This document shows, in pieces, positions 1 through 10,332 of a stretch of DNA of 53,871 bases. The translations under genes and the position numbers were made by a program. The DNA is taken from the NCBI GenBank assembly GCA_003056205.1, contig LSNS01000011.1, positions 1-53,871 on the forward strand. Direction: 5' to 3'. The notes beneath the pieces were generated by a model. That model had not been told where the DNA came from. It did no database searches and was given only the letters and a program-made list of their open reading frames with translations. Positions within the stretch are counted from its first letter, which is position 1. Every line of letters begins with the position of its first letter. The DNA is from Parcubacteria group bacterium M6-OD1-4. Lineage in GTDB: Bacteria > Patescibacteriota > Patescibacteriia > Patescibacteriales > UBA12465.

Positions 1-15
1 GACTACGTACACACT
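1..15 (+). other. Untrimmed sequencing adaptor (454 Rapid Library key GACT + MID RL7 ACGTACACACT)
   Basis: GACTACGTACACACT is the exact reverse complement of 53857-53871. It matches my recollection of the Roche RL key and RL7 MID and cuts through a gene. Confidence 0.85.
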
Positions 16-191
16 GATCCGAAATAATGGCCAGAGAGATAAATCAGAATACTGGCTGCCACCACCAAGGCTGAAATAACCACAATAGTGTTCTGAGACA
101 CCGGACGAGCCAGATTCCAGAAGAAGAAAGTAGAAATAATGATGAAAATGACCGTTTCTAAGATCATTTCTAAAAAAACAGATTTTTTCAT
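16..191 (-). CDS. Hypothetical membrane protein, 3'-truncated at the contig edge
   Basis: Probable ATG at 191 (MKKSVFLEMIL...), two hydrophobic segments, and no stop before the adaptor. Confidence 0.55.
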
Positions 192-337
192 GATGAGGTT
201 TTTAGTTAAACATAGATTTAATTGATTACTAAGACTACTTGCCGAACAACTAAGCTTGGCAATCAATTAAATCTAAGTTATATTTTAAAAGAACTAATAG
301 TTCTAAATTATCATAATAAATAATTACTGTCAATTAT

Positions 338-694
338 ATGATTCAACAAATTATTGCTCTCGTTTTAATCGCTATTTTTATCTGGCGCTTAGTATCACAA
401 AAAAATAAAAAACAAATTAAACAAAATGAATTCATTCTCTGGTTAGTTTTCTGGTTGTTGGGCGCTCTGGCAATTATTTTCATTCATGATATTGATCAAT
501 TTGTCCACTACCTTGGTTTCTCTGGAACTGGAATTAGTTTTCTAATTTATTTAGCTGTTCTAATTCTCTTTTATTTAGTCTTCCGCCTCCGTCTTAATTT
601 AGCTAAAATGGAAGAAAATATTACTAAACTAGTAAGAACAATAGCTTTAGATAAGGAACAAAAACATTCCCAGCATGAAAAATATCAAAAATAA
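338..694 (+). CDS. DUF2304-family small membrane protein
   Basis: Three TM segments, a 'LGFSGTG..LIY' motif and a 'EENITKLVRTIAL' coiled tail; lies upstream of glycosyltransferases. Confidence 0.8.
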   Translation: MIQQIIALVLIAIFIWRLVSQKNKKQIKQNEFILWLVFWLLGALAIIFIHDIDQFVHYLGFSGTGISFLIYLAVLILFYLVFRLRLNLAKMEENITKLVRTIALDKEQKHSQHEKYQK

Positions 695-1829
695 GATAAA
701 AGTTGCTTCTATTGTTTGCGCTTGGCCACCAGCGGCGGGTGGTATTGGAAATAGCGCCTACCAAATTAATCAATTGCTGAGCGATCGGGTAGAGATTGTT
801 AATTTTACCCCCGGAAAAAATCTTCGACCTTGGCTCCAAAAGGGACATGGAGCTTTTTTACCACAACTTCTTTGGCGTTTAAAAGATTTTGATTATTTAT
901 ATTTTCACTATCCCTTTTTTGGAACTAGTGAAATAATCTACTTATTTAAAAAATTACATAAGAAGAGACCAAAATTGATCATTCACTACCACATGGATGT
1001 CAAAAATAGTGGCTTACTAAGCAAAATTTTAAGTTTGCCAAGTCGTATTCTTCGTCGTTCCCTCCTCAATCAAGCGGATATAATTGTGACTGCTAGCTTA
1101 GACTATATTAAACATAGCCAAATTAGAAAATATTATTTCGCCCATCCCGAAAAATTTAGAGAAATTCCCTTTAGTCTTGATCTCCAAAAATTCCAGCCAA
1201 AAAGTTTAAATCAAAGTAGTAGTAACGGACTAATTAGCTATGCCCAAAAAATAGTTCATTATGTTAATAATGAATTTATTAAAAAGAATCAACGACAATT
1301 ACTGTTTGTTGGTGGTTTAGACCGAGCTCATTATTTTAAAGGCTTAGAGGTTTTATTTATCGCTCTTAGTAAGCTGAAAACAAAAAATTGGAAATTAGTA
1401 ATTGTCGGTGAAGGGGATCGCCGAAAACATTATGAAAAATTAAGTGAAAAATTAGCTTTAACAAAAAAAATAGAATTTCGAGGAAAATTATCTGCTACTG
1501 ATTTAATTCGGACTTATCAAGAAGCCGATCTCTTACTTCTGCCATCAATCAATACTAATGAAGCTTTTGGTTTAGTGATTATTGAAGCCTTAGCTTGCGG
1601 AGTGCCGGTCATCGCTTCCAATCTCCCTGGTGTTCGTCAAGTTTTTAACAATGAGCAAGAAGGTCTACTGGTTAATCCTGGAAATAGCGAAGATTTGAAA
1701 AATAAGTTAGAATTTATTTTAAATCATGAAAATTCTCGACGAAAAATGGCCCAAGCGGCTCGCGAATTAGCAGAAAAGAGATATGACCAAGAGAAAATAA
1801 AAAAAGATTTAGAAAGCTTATTTAATTAA
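675..1829 (+). CDS. Glycosyltransferase family 4 (GT-B)
   Basis: PPAAGG N-terminal motif and EAFGLVIIEALACGVPVIAS (EX7E) motif. Confidence 0.92.
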   Translation: MKNIKNKIKVASIVCAWPPAAGGIGNSAYQINQLLSDRVEIVNFTPGKNLRPWLQKGHGAFLPQLLWRLKDFDYLYFHYPFFGTSEIIYLFKKLHKKRPKLIIHYHMDVKNSGLLSKILSLPSRILRRSLLNQADIIVTASLDYIKHSQIRKYYFAHPEKFREIPFSLDLQKFQPKSLNQSSSNGLISYAQKIVHYVNNEFIKKNQRQLLFVGGLDRAHYFKGLEVLFIALSKLKTKNWKLVIVGEGDRRKHYEKLSEKLALTKKIEFRGKLSATDLIRTYQEADLLLLPSINTNEAFGLVIIEALACGVPVIASNLPGVRQVFNNEQEGLLVNPGNSEDLKNKLEFILNHENSRRKMAQAARELAEKRYDQEKIKKDLESLFN

Positions 1830-1838
1830 AGTGGAAAG

Positions 1839-2915
1839 ATGAAAATTGCTATTATTAATAATCTATATTTTCCTTTTAACCATGGTGGTGCCGAACAAGT
1901 CGTCCGAACGATGATTCAAGAATTAAGAAATTCTGGTCATGAAGTTTTTTTAATCACCAGTCGACCCTCGGGAAAGTTTAAATCCCCAACAACAGATTTC
2001 TCAATTTATTACCTTCCCTCTTTAATTTATAATCTTGATCGCCTACCTAGCGGATTACGATTTTGTTGGCATCTCCATAATCTCTTTAATTTAAAAAAAT
2101 ACTATCAACTTAAAAAAATTCTTCAACACACTAAACCGGATCTCGTCATTACTCATAATCTTTTAGGCTTAGGCTTTTTAACTCCCCGCCTAATCAAAAA
2201 ATTGAAGATTAAGCATCAACACGTTCTACATGATATTCAGCTCCTTCACCCTTCAGGCTTAATGCTTCTCGGACAAGAAAAAAAAATTAAGAGCTTCGCA
2301 GCTCGAAGTTATCAATACTGTACACGTTATCTATTCTCTTCACCAGAAAAAGTTATCTCACCTTCAAGATGGCTGATGGCTGAACACCGTCAACGAGGCT
2401 TTTTCCCTGATTCCCAATTAGAAATTAAACCCTTCAAAATTCCAATCCAAGAAATAAAAGTTAAGCAAAATGTTCTTCATCAGCAAGGCGCTGAGAAAGT
2501 CTTTCTTTTTGTTGGTCAACTAGAAATTCAAAAAGGAATTCTCTGGTTGATAAAAGTTTTCCAACAGTTAAATAATAAAGCAGTTAAATTAATTATTGTC
2601 GGAAGCGGTCCAAAAGAAAAAGAAATTAAAAAATTAATTAATTCCAATTCACAAATAGAACTTCGGGGACAATTAAACTCTTCAGAAGTTAAAAAAGTAA
2701 TGTTAGCAAGTGATTATTTAATCGTTCCCTCACTATGTTATGAAAATTCTCCAACCGTGATTTATGAAGCTCAGGCTGTGGCTTTACCAGTGATTGCCGC
2801 CCAAATTGGCGGTATTCCCGAAATACTTAAAAATTCAGACTATCTATTCCCAGCCGGGAATGAAAAAGAATTAATTAGAATTCTAATGAATAAAATTACT
2901 AATAATAAAAATTAA
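1839..2915 (+). CDS. Glycosyltransferase family 4 (GT-B)
   Basis: GGAEQ, FVGQLEIQKG and YENSPTVIYEA (EX7E) motifs. Confidence 0.92.
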   Translation: MKIAIINNLYFPFNHGGAEQVVRTMIQELRNSGHEVFLITSRPSGKFKSPTTDFSIYYLPSLIYNLDRLPSGLRFCWHLHNLFNLKKYYQLKKILQHTKPDLVITHNLLGLGFLTPRLIKKLKIKHQHVLHDIQLLHPSGLMLLGQEKKIKSFAARSYQYCTRYLFSSPEKVISPSRWLMAEHRQRGFFPDSQLEIKPFKIPIQEIKVKQNVLHQQGAEKVFLFVGQLEIQKGILWLIKVFQQLNNKAVKLIIVGSGPKEKEIKKLINSNSQIELRGQLNSSEVKKVMLASDYLIVPSLCYENSPTVIYEAQAVALPVIAAQIGGIPEILKNSDYLFPAGNEKELIRILMNKITNNKN

Positions 2916-2922
2916 ATAGTAG

Positions 2923-3945
2923 CTAAGAGCCCAAACCTTGTAATCTCTTGTTGGCTTGGATATCAAATATAGTTTTTTGAAGACCATTGCGCAGAGTGAC
3001 AACTGGCATCCAAGATAAATCATTCTTAGCGAGACTGATGTCTGGTAAAACTAACTCACTGACAAATAGCTTGCTGGTACTATAAGTAATTTTAGATGAC
3101 GATTTTGTCTCTTCAATAATCAATTTAACTAAATCTGTTAAATTGACATTAACATCAGAACCAATATTAACTGGACCAGCAATTTCTGAAATCATTAATT
3201 TAGAAACAGCATCAATCAAATCATCAATATAACAAAAGGAAGAGGAAAAACTAGCATCACCATGGATAACAACATCTTTGTTTTCTAAAGCACTAATAAT
3301 ATAATCAGGAACAATTTGATGTTCGGCAATAGCCATCCGCGGTCCATAGACTCGAAAAAGGCGAATTAAACGAGCATCAATATTATAGACTGCTCGATAA
3401 TTAGCAACTAGTGTTTCGGCAAAACGTTTTCCTTCATCATAAGCTGCCCGGTCAGCTAACTGATCAACTTGGCCAAGATGATCTTCTTTAAATTTTAACT
3501 CAGAATGAAGAGGATCACGAGGACCATAAACAACCGCTGAGGAGAATTGTAAAAACTTAGCTTGGTATTTAATGGTTAAATCTAATAAATTCTTGACCAC
3601 TAAAGAATTAGCGGCTAAAACTGCTACGCGATTAACTAAGAAATGTTTTGGCGAGGCGGGACAAGCTAAATTATAAATTTCTTGGATTCCTTGAAATTCC
3701 ACCTTAAATTCTTTCAAGTCTTCAATTTTTTCCAATTCCAAAGGTAGGCTTAAATCGTGATTGATAAAAATAAAATTTGGGTTAGCAAGAAGATGATCAA
3801 TATTACGTTCAGTCCCAGAAACAAAATTATCAATACAAATAACCTTATGTTTTTTTACCAATTCGTCACAAAGATGAGAGCCAATAAAACCTGCTCCACC
3901 AGCAACCAAGACATTTTTTTTATCAAAAATTACTTGTTTAGACAT
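2923..3945 (-). CDS. NAD-dependent epimerase/dehydratase, UDP-glucuronate decarboxylase (UXS)-like but divergent
   Basis: GGAGFIG, YNLACPASP and YDEGKR (YxxxK) motifs. Confidence 0.85.
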   Translation of the reverse strand: MSKQVIFDKKNVLVAGGAGFIGSHLCDELVKKHKVICIDNFVSGTERNIDHLLANPNFIFINHDLSLPLELEKIEDLKEFKVEFQGIQEIYNLACPASPKHFLVNRVAVLAANSLVVKNLLDLTIKYQAKFLQFSSAVVYGPRDPLHSELKFKEDHLGQVDQLADRAAYDEGKRFAETLVANYRAVYNIDARLIRLFRVYGPRMAIAEHQIVPDYIISALENKDVVIHGDASFSSSFCYIDDLIDAVSKLMISEIAGPVNIGSDVNVNLTDLVKLIIEETKSSSKITYSTSKLFVSELVLPDISLAKNDLSWMPVVTLRNGLQKTIFDIQANKRLQGLGS

Positions 3946-3966
3946 AGTCTTAAAACTTATTAAAGA

Positions 3967-6003
3967 TTAGTTAGATACTTTTATTATAGCAATATTTGCT
4001 CCACCATGCCAATTAGTTTTCCAAGTATAAAAAGATTGTAGAAGAGCTCCTTGACCATTAAAAATCCTAATTTCTGGGGCAGCCCCTGGTTCGGCACCAA
4101 CAATAATATCTCCAATACCATTATTATTAATATCACCCGCAGCGAGATTAACTCCACCTTGCCAGTTAGTACGGAAAACAAGAAACTTCTTTTTCAAGAC
4201 TGCACGATTAGTAAAAATTTTAATTAAGGGATTCCGTCCTGGACCAGGAGCAACAATAATTTCTTGTTTATTACGATCCCGTCGCCCATCAACATTAGTG
4301 ACCGCTACTTTAATCCCTCCCCGAAAAGTTTTTTCATAAGCATAAAAAGCACTTAAGATTTTACCCGTGGGGGTAAAAATTTTAATCACTGGTGCTCGCC
4401 CACGACCATAAGCAACAACAATCTCTCGATTTTCTTTGCCATCTAAATCACCAACAGCGACACTCAAACCACCACGCCAGTTTTTGCTATCCACTGAGAA
4501 ACTTCTTAATAATCGTCCCTGATTACTATAGATATAAACTTTACCTCGTCCTGCAGAAGCAGCGGTCACAATAATTTCTGCTTGACCATCACCCTGAAGA
4601 TCGCTAACAGCGAGATTAAGGCCACCACGAAAATGGGAATTCAAAACGGAAAATGTTTTCAACACTTGCCCCTGAGAACTAAGAATTTTAATTTGTGGTT
4701 TTTGTCCTAAAGCAGAGGCGACCACAATTTCATTTTGACCATTTCCATAAAGATCACCGCTGGCAACTTGAGAACCAGGCGCTAAACTCTTTAAAGATAA
4801 TTGGCGAATAAAGTCTCCGTTAACTGCTGTAATTTTAGAATGCCGAAAAGTTTTTTTAATATTTTTATTGCTGACAACCACTAGACGAGCTAAATAACTA
4901 TAAAGTTTAGCTTTAGCCATTTCCACCGCCTTAAAAACATCTAAACGTCCATTACCAAGTTCACTGAGATAATGAGGATTCAAACGATTAATATTATCAG
5001 TAGAAGCAAAAAGAATATTAACCACCTGACGAGGACTTAATTCTGGATTAGCCTGTTCAATTAAAGCTAAAGTTGCCGAAACTAAAGGAGCAGCCATTGA
5101 GGTCCCTGACCAATAGCCATCATAAATTTTACTAGGATTATTCTTAATACTCCCAGCGGTGATCGTATTAAAAAAACTAATTCCCGGAGCAGTAATATCA
5201 ACGCAACGTGATCCATAACTAGAAAATTTTGCTTTTTGATCTAAAGCATCAGTGGCGGCAACACCAATCACCATATTTTGATTAAAACTACCATCATAAC
5301 AAGCGGGATAAATTGGTGTTTTACTAATATTATAACCTTGACCATTAGCCTGCCCATTTCCAGCAGCAGCCACCACAATCACCCCGGCTTGATGAGCCCG
5401 AGCAATTGCTTCTTGTAAGGCCTGACTATATTTAAAAGAGGTAAAACTTAAATTAATAATATCCGCACCATTATTAGTTGCATAATCAATAGCCCGAATC
5501 ACATCGCTCACCTTTCCCTGCCCCCGATCGTTTAAAACTCGAAGGGGCATTATTTTAGCTGACCAAGTTACACCCACCACACCAATCTTATTATTTCCTT
5601 GGGCAGCAATAATACCGGCCACCATCGTTCCGTGCGATACTCCAGTTTCCGTCCAACCGGGATCAAATTTAGCCGGTGCTTGAGGAATATTATCCACAAA
5701 ATCCCAACCATGAACATCGTCGATAAAACCATTGCCATCATCATCTCGGCCATTAGCGGGAATTTCTTTTGTATTCGTCCAAATATTATGGCGTAAATCA
5801 GGATGATTTAATTGGACCCGACCATCAATCACCGCAATAACAATGTCGGGGCTGGCAGAAATAATATCCCAAGCCTGATTAGCTTTAATCTTGGCTAAAT
5901 ACCACTGATTGTTATAATAGCGGTCGTTAGGGTGCACCGCTGCTAAAACTGGTTCAGCAATTAAGAAAGCCAGAATAAAAAAAGATGTTAGTATTTTTTT
6001 CAT
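3967..6003 (-). CDS. Secreted S8 (subtilisin) serine peptidase with C-terminal FG-GAP-like repeats
   Basis: Signal peptide; catalytic D (VIDG), H (HGTMVAG) and S (GTSMAAP); repeated GG..VAVGDLDG...EIVV units in the last ~280 aa. Confidence 0.92.
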   Translation of the reverse strand: MKKILTSFFILAFLIAEPVLAAVHPNDRYYNNQWYLAKIKANQAWDIISASPDIVIAVIDGRVQLNHPDLRHNIWTNTKEIPANGRDDDGNGFIDDVHGWDFVDNIPQAPAKFDPGWTETGVSHGTMVAGIIAAQGNNKIGVVGVTWSAKIMPLRVLNDRGQGKVSDVIRAIDYATNNGADIINLSFTSFKYSQALQEAIARAHQAGVIVVAAAGNGQANGQGYNISKTPIYPACYDGSFNQNMVIGVAATDALDQKAKFSSYGSRCVDITAPGISFFNTITAGSIKNNPSKIYDGYWSGTSMAAPLVSATLALIEQANPELSPRQVVNILFASTDNINRLNPHYLSELGNGRLDVFKAVEMAKAKLYSYLARLVVVSNKNIKKTFRHSKITAVNGDFIRQLSLKSLAPGSQVASGDLYGNGQNEIVVASALGQKPQIKILSSQGQVLKTFSVLNSHFRGGLNLAVSDLQGDGQAEIIVTAASAGRGKVYIYSNQGRLLRSFSVDSKNWRGGLSVAVGDLDGKENREIVVAYGRGRAPVIKIFTPTGKILSAFYAYEKTFRGGIKVAVTNVDGRRDRNKQEIIVAPGPGRNPLIKIFTNRAVLKKKFLVFRTNWQGGVNLAAGDINNNGIGDIIVGAEPGAAPEIRIFNGQGALLQSFYTWKTNWHGGANIAIIKVSN

Positions 6004-6105
6004 AACATCTTAATAATATCATAATTTAAATAGATAAAACAAGCTCAAGAATTCACAAAATTACAGCTAAAATTATTTTTGTAAGAGTTTGAAGAGAATA
6101 AATCT

Positions 6106-7317
6106 TTACAGACTTTCCAGTAGTTTCAAAGTTTCTTGAGCACACTTTCGCCAACTAAATTGTTGAGCACGTTTTCGTCCCCGAATAATTAATTGGGCTC
6201 GCAATTGCTGATCACTGATAATATTAAACATCGCTTTAGCAATTGCGTTTTTATCATTTTGATTAAAGTATAAAGCGGCTTCACCGGCAATTTCTCGCAA
6301 AACACTTAAATCCGAAACAGCAGTGGGAACTCCACAAGCAAAAGCTTCTAAAATTGGAATGCCAAAACCTTCATGCTTAGTCGGAAAAATAAAAGCTTGA
6401 GCAGCACTAAAAATATCTGGTAAATCTTTTTCCTGAACCCAACCCGGCAAAAATATCTTATCTTCCAAACCATATTCACTAATCGTATAACCAATTTCAT
6501 CATAACCAAAACTAGCATCGCCCACTAAAACTAAATTCATCTTTAGTTCAGGATGAGCTTCGGTTAATAAGGCAAAAGCTTCGACCAGAGCAACGGTATT
6601 TTTCTTTTTTTCCAAGCGACCAACATATAAAAGATAAGGGGCTTGTAAACCATATTTCGCTAAAATTGCTGATTTTTTTTCCTCAGTACTATTTGCTGGA
6701 TATAATTCTGAATCATAACCATTGTGAATAACCACTATTTTCTCTGGGGAGGTTTTTTTATAAAGTTTTAAAATATCTTGTTTAGTATTTTCCGAAACGG
6801 CGATAATTTTTTTAGCATGGCGTAGGGCAAAAGTAGTTGACCAGTAGAGATAGTCTAAAGATTCTGATCGGTAACGGCCATAAGTAATAATTTTAATAAA
6901 AAAATTTACCAAACGTCGTAAACCAAAAACTTTTGTCTTCAGTTTAAAGGAGTGATATAAGTTACTTTCTTGCCAAAAAGCTAAATCATGAATAGTGTTG
7001 ACGGTTTTGAAAGGGCCAAAAAGCGGTAAACCATGGGCGGGAACAAATAAAACATCTGGACGGTGCCAAAACATTTCCAAAGTTAAACGCCCTAAAGTCC
7101 AGAAAGAAGCGAATGGCCAATTCAAGAGTTTGATTGAAAAATTGGGATGATCTTTAATTATTGCTAAAAGATCTGGTCGCGCTGGTTGGTTGAGATAGAG
7201 ATGGTATTGATTAACAGAATCAATTTCTGCTAAATTTTTAATTAAATAAAAGGAATACCATTCAGTCCCGGTTTTATGAAGTAAATTAGCGCGTGAAGCG
7301 TCGATGCCAATAATCAT
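6106..7317 (-). CDS. Glycosyltransferase family 4
   Basis: TIHDL, YVGRLEKKKN and EGFGIPILEAFACG motifs. Confidence 0.92.
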   Translation of the reverse strand: MIIGIDASRANLLHKTGTEWYSFYLIKNLAEIDSVNQYHLYLNQPARPDLLAIIKDHPNFSIKLLNWPFASFWTLGRLTLEMFWHRPDVLFVPAHGLPLFGPFKTVNTIHDLAFWQESNLYHSFKLKTKVFGLRRLVNFFIKIITYGRYRSESLDYLYWSTTFALRHAKKIIAVSENTKQDILKLYKKTSPEKIVVIHNGYDSELYPANSTEEKKSAILAKYGLQAPYLLYVGRLEKKKNTVALVEAFALLTEAHPELKMNLVLVGDASFGYDEIGYTISEYGLEDKIFLPGWVQEKDLPDIFSAAQAFIFPTKHEGFGIPILEAFACGVPTAVSDLSVLREIAGEAALYFNQNDKNAIAKAMFNIISDQQLRAQLIIRGRKRAQQFSWRKCAQETLKLLESL

Positions 7318-7318
7318 A

Positions 7319-7350
7319 TAAAAAAACGACCATTGAAATCATGGTCTGTT
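7319..7350 (-). terminator. Putative intrinsic terminator after the second mreB
   Basis: Minus strand reads GACCAT-N7-ATGGTC hairpin, then G and a T-run. Confidence 0.5.
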
Positions 7351-7352
7351 AA

Positions 7353-8360
7353 TTATTTAGTCGCTAGAATACTACGTTTATAGGAGTCAAGATTATCAAG
7401 GGCAATTCCCGTCCCTTTCGCTACACACAACATAGCATCATCGGCGACATAAGCCGCCACACCAGTCGTGCGAGCAATCAATTGATCAATATTTCGTAAT
7501 AAAGAGCTTCCCCCGGTGAGAATGATTCCCTTGTCCATAATATCGGCTGATAATTCTGGTGGAGTTTTTTGTAAAACTTTTTTTACCACCGAAATAATCG
7601 CTTCTAGTTCACTTTGAATAGCTTCAGTCACATCGTCACTAGAAACCGTAATACTACGAGGTAAACCAGTAACAATATCTCGCCCACGAATATCTAAATA
7701 TAATTTATCTTCAATATATAAAGCCGAACCAATATTGATTTTTACTTCTTCAGCAGTCCGTTCCCCAATTGCTAAATTATATTTTTTTCGAATAAATTCT
7801 AAAATCGCCGCATCAAATTTATTACCACCAACGCGCACGGAAGTGGAAGCGACGATTCCTCCTAAAGAAATCACCGCCATTTCTGCTGTACCACCACCAA
7901 TATCAATCACCATGTGTCCCGTTGCTGAACCAATCGGAATATCGGCTCCAATTGCGGCAGCAACTGGCTCTTTGATGATATAAGCGGCTTTCGCTCCAGC
8001 AGCGATGGTCGCTTCAATCACCGCCCGTCGTTCAGTGGAAGAAATGCCAGCTGGAACAGCAACCATTACTTCGGGCCGGAATAAACGAATCCCGCCTAAA
8101 GTCTTGTTAACAAAATAACGAATCATCGCTTCGGTGGCTCGATAATCAGCAATAACCCCGTCTTTCAAAGGACGAATGGCGGTAATAATATCGGGAGTGC
8201 GTCCAATCATATCCTTGGCTTCATTACCAACAGCAAGAATTTTTTTATCTTCTACTGACACAGCAACCACGCTAGGCTCATTAACAACGATTCCTCGTCG
8301 CGGAACATAGATTAAAGTATAAGTTGTGCCTAAATCAATACCGATTCGTTTAATAAACAT
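7353..8360 (-). CDS. mreB: Rod shape-determining actin homologue MreB/Mbl (paralog 2)
   Basis: GIDLGT, NEPSVVA, PLKDGVIAD, DIGGGT, TPPELSADI and LTGG motifs. Confidence 0.95.
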   Translation of the reverse strand: MFIKRIGIDLGTTYTLIYVPRRGIVVNEPSVVAVSVEDKKILAVGNEAKDMIGRTPDIITAIRPLKDGVIADYRATEAMIRYFVNKTLGGIRLFRPEVMVAVPAGISSTERRAVIEATIAAGAKAAYIIKEPVAAAIGADIPIGSATGHMVIDIGGGTAEMAVISLGGIVASTSVRVGGNKFDAAILEFIRKKYNLAIGERTAEEVKINIGSALYIEDKLYLDIRGRDIVTGLPRSITVSSDDVTEAIQSELEAIISVVKKVLQKTPPELSADIMDKGIILTGGSSLLRNIDQLIARTTGVAAYVADDAMLCVAKGTGIALDNLDSYKRSILATK

Positions 8361-8405
8361 AAAAATCTTATTAAATACTAGTCTATCTTAATATTTTACC
8401 GAGCA

Positions 8406-8843
8406 TTAGTCAATATCATCTTCATTATTTCCGCTACCACCTTCTTGAGAAAATTTTTCTTTATTAGTAACAATTTTTTTCACTTTTTCAGCAAATTGAA
8501 AAGTATCAAATTCTTCTTTGAAAAAAAAGTAATCAGCTCCTAATTCTAAGCTCCGACTACGACTATCAGCCACACTCAAATCGGTAAAAATAAAGATTTG
8601 CTTATCACTCAGCTCGGGGTCAGCCTTAATCTTTTTAATAATATCAAAACCATCAACTTTCGGCAGGATTAAATCTAAAATAATATATTCTGGAGAAAAA
8701 TCTCGTAAGCGTTGCAATAATTCTTCTGATTCTTCATCCCCATAACTTAGCTCGACGTCAAATTCGGCAGCAGCAAACTGGGATTCTAAGCCATAGAGAA
8801 TATCCGCATCATCTTCAATAATAAAAATTTTTCTAGTTGACAT
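8406..8843 (-). CDS. Single-domain response regulator (receiver)
   Basis: IIEDD acidic pocket, ILDLILP phosphoacceptor Asp, conserved T and K. An alternative start is at 8855. Confidence 0.85.
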   Translation of the reverse strand: MSTRKIFIIEDDADILYGLESQFAAAEFDVELSYGDEESEELLQRLRDFSPEYIILDLILPKVDGFDIIKKIKADPELSDKQIFIFTDLSVADSRSRSLELGADYFFFKEEFDTFQFAEKVKKIVTNKEKFSQEGGSGNNEDDID

Positions 8844-8905
8844 ATTATTAAACATTTTTTATTAACCACTCCATACTTAAAATTTGAGTAATTAATAAAA
8901 TAAAA

Positions 8906-9868
8906 TTAACTTTTAAGTTTTTTCCACCAAGAAGAATGTTGTTGATACCAGTTAATGGTTTCTTGTAATCCTTGTTGAAAATTAATTTTTGGCGACCAAG
9001 AGAGTTCTCGCTGAGCTTTACGAGAATCAATAGCATACCGCTGATCATGCCCAGGACGATCACTAACATACTTAATTTTGCTCTCCGGGAAAGACATTAA
9101 TTTTAAAATTAATTTCGTAATCTCTAAATTAGAATATTCATTATTAGCCCCCAAACAATAAGTCTCACCAATCTTCCCGTGATGAATGATTAGGTCTATT
9201 CCACGGTTATGATCATCAACATGAATCCAGTCCCGAACATTCTGGCCAGTGCCATAAACTGGAACAGTCTGATCTGTTAATAAATTAGTAATGAATAAGG
9301 GAATTAATTTTTCGGGATATTGATAGGGGCCATAGTTGTTAGAACAATTAGAAATAGTAATGGGCAAATTGTAAGTATGGAAATAAGCCCGTACCAAATG
9401 ATCAGCCGCCGCTTTAGAAGCACTATAGGGAGAGTGGGGCTGATAAGGACTCTGCTCATTAAATTTTTCAGCATTAAAGTCTAAACTACCAAAAACCTCG
9501 TCAGTAGAAATATGGTGAAAACGAATTTGTCGCTGACGGGCTGCTTCTAATAGCACTCGAGTACCCTCAACATTGGTTTTAATAAAATCAGCACTATTGA
9601 GAATAGAACGATCCACATGGCTTTCAGCAGCAAAATGAACAATCAGCTCAACGTCCGCCACTAATTTATTAACTAAACGAGCATCACTAATATCACCGTG
9701 AACAAATTGATAATGAGGATGACTACTAATATCTTCTAAATTATCCAAATTGCCAGCATAAGTCAGTAAATCTAAATTAACCAAATAATCAGTGGGATAT
9801 TTTTTTAACCAATAATGAATAAAATTGGAGCCAATAAAACCTGCCCCACCAGTTACTAATAATTTCAT
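8906..9868 (-). CDS. rfbB: dTDP-glucose 4,6-dehydratase
   Basis: TGGAGFIG, LTYAGN, HFAAESHVDRSI, STDEVFG, YSASKA, NNYGPYQ and DRPGHD motifs. Confidence 0.97.
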   Translation of the reverse strand: MKLLVTGGAGFIGSNFIHYWLKKYPTDYLVNLDLLTYAGNLDNLEDISSHPHYQFVHGDISDARLVNKLVADVELIVHFAAESHVDRSILNSADFIKTNVEGTRVLLEAARQRQIRFHHISTDEVFGSLDFNAEKFNEQSPYQPHSPYSASKAAADHLVRAYFHTYNLPITISNCSNNYGPYQYPEKLIPLFITNLLTDQTVPVYGTGQNVRDWIHVDDHNRGIDLIIHHGKIGETYCLGANNEYSNLEITKLILKLMSFPESKIKYVSDRPGHDQRYAIDSRKAQRELSWSPKINFQQGLQETINWYQQHSSWWKKLKS

Positions 9869-9904
9869 AAAAGATGAAAAACTAAACCACTATTTTAATA
9901 AAAC

Positions 9905-10300
9905 TTAACTCCTTAACTTTTTAATAATTTCTTCGGCGGCTCCCGGGGCATAAGTAGTTCGCAACCAAGAACGGTGTTGATCATGAGCATCACGGGGGAT
10001 AAGATGAAAATGGAGATGCTCCACCTCTTGACCAGCGGCACGACCATTATTAACTGAGAGATTATAAGCAGCTAATCCTAATTTGGTCTTTAATAAATAA
10101 GCAACTTTTTTAACCACCGTAATTAAATACTTCAATTCCTCTTCAGGAATTTCTTCCAAATTTTGATAATGTTTTTTTGGAATCACTAAGGTGTGTCCAG
10201 GATTGACTGGTTTAATATCTAAAAAAGCTAAAACTTGCTCATCTTCATAAACTCGATAAGCAGGGATTTCCTGATTAATAATTTTACAAAAAATACACAT
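9905..10300 (-). CDS. HIT family nucleotide hydrolase
   Basis: MCIFCKI start and HLHFHLIPR histidine triad. Confidence 0.95.
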   Translation of the reverse strand: MCIFCKIINQEIPAYRVYEDEQVLAFLDIKPVNPGHTLVIPKKHYQNLEEIPEEELKYLITVVKKVAYLLKTKLGLAAYNLSVNNGRAAGQEVEHLHFHLIPRDAHDQHRSWLRTTYAPGAAEEIIKKLRS

Positions 10301-10332
10301 AGTCTGTTATAAATTAAAACTGATAATTAAAA

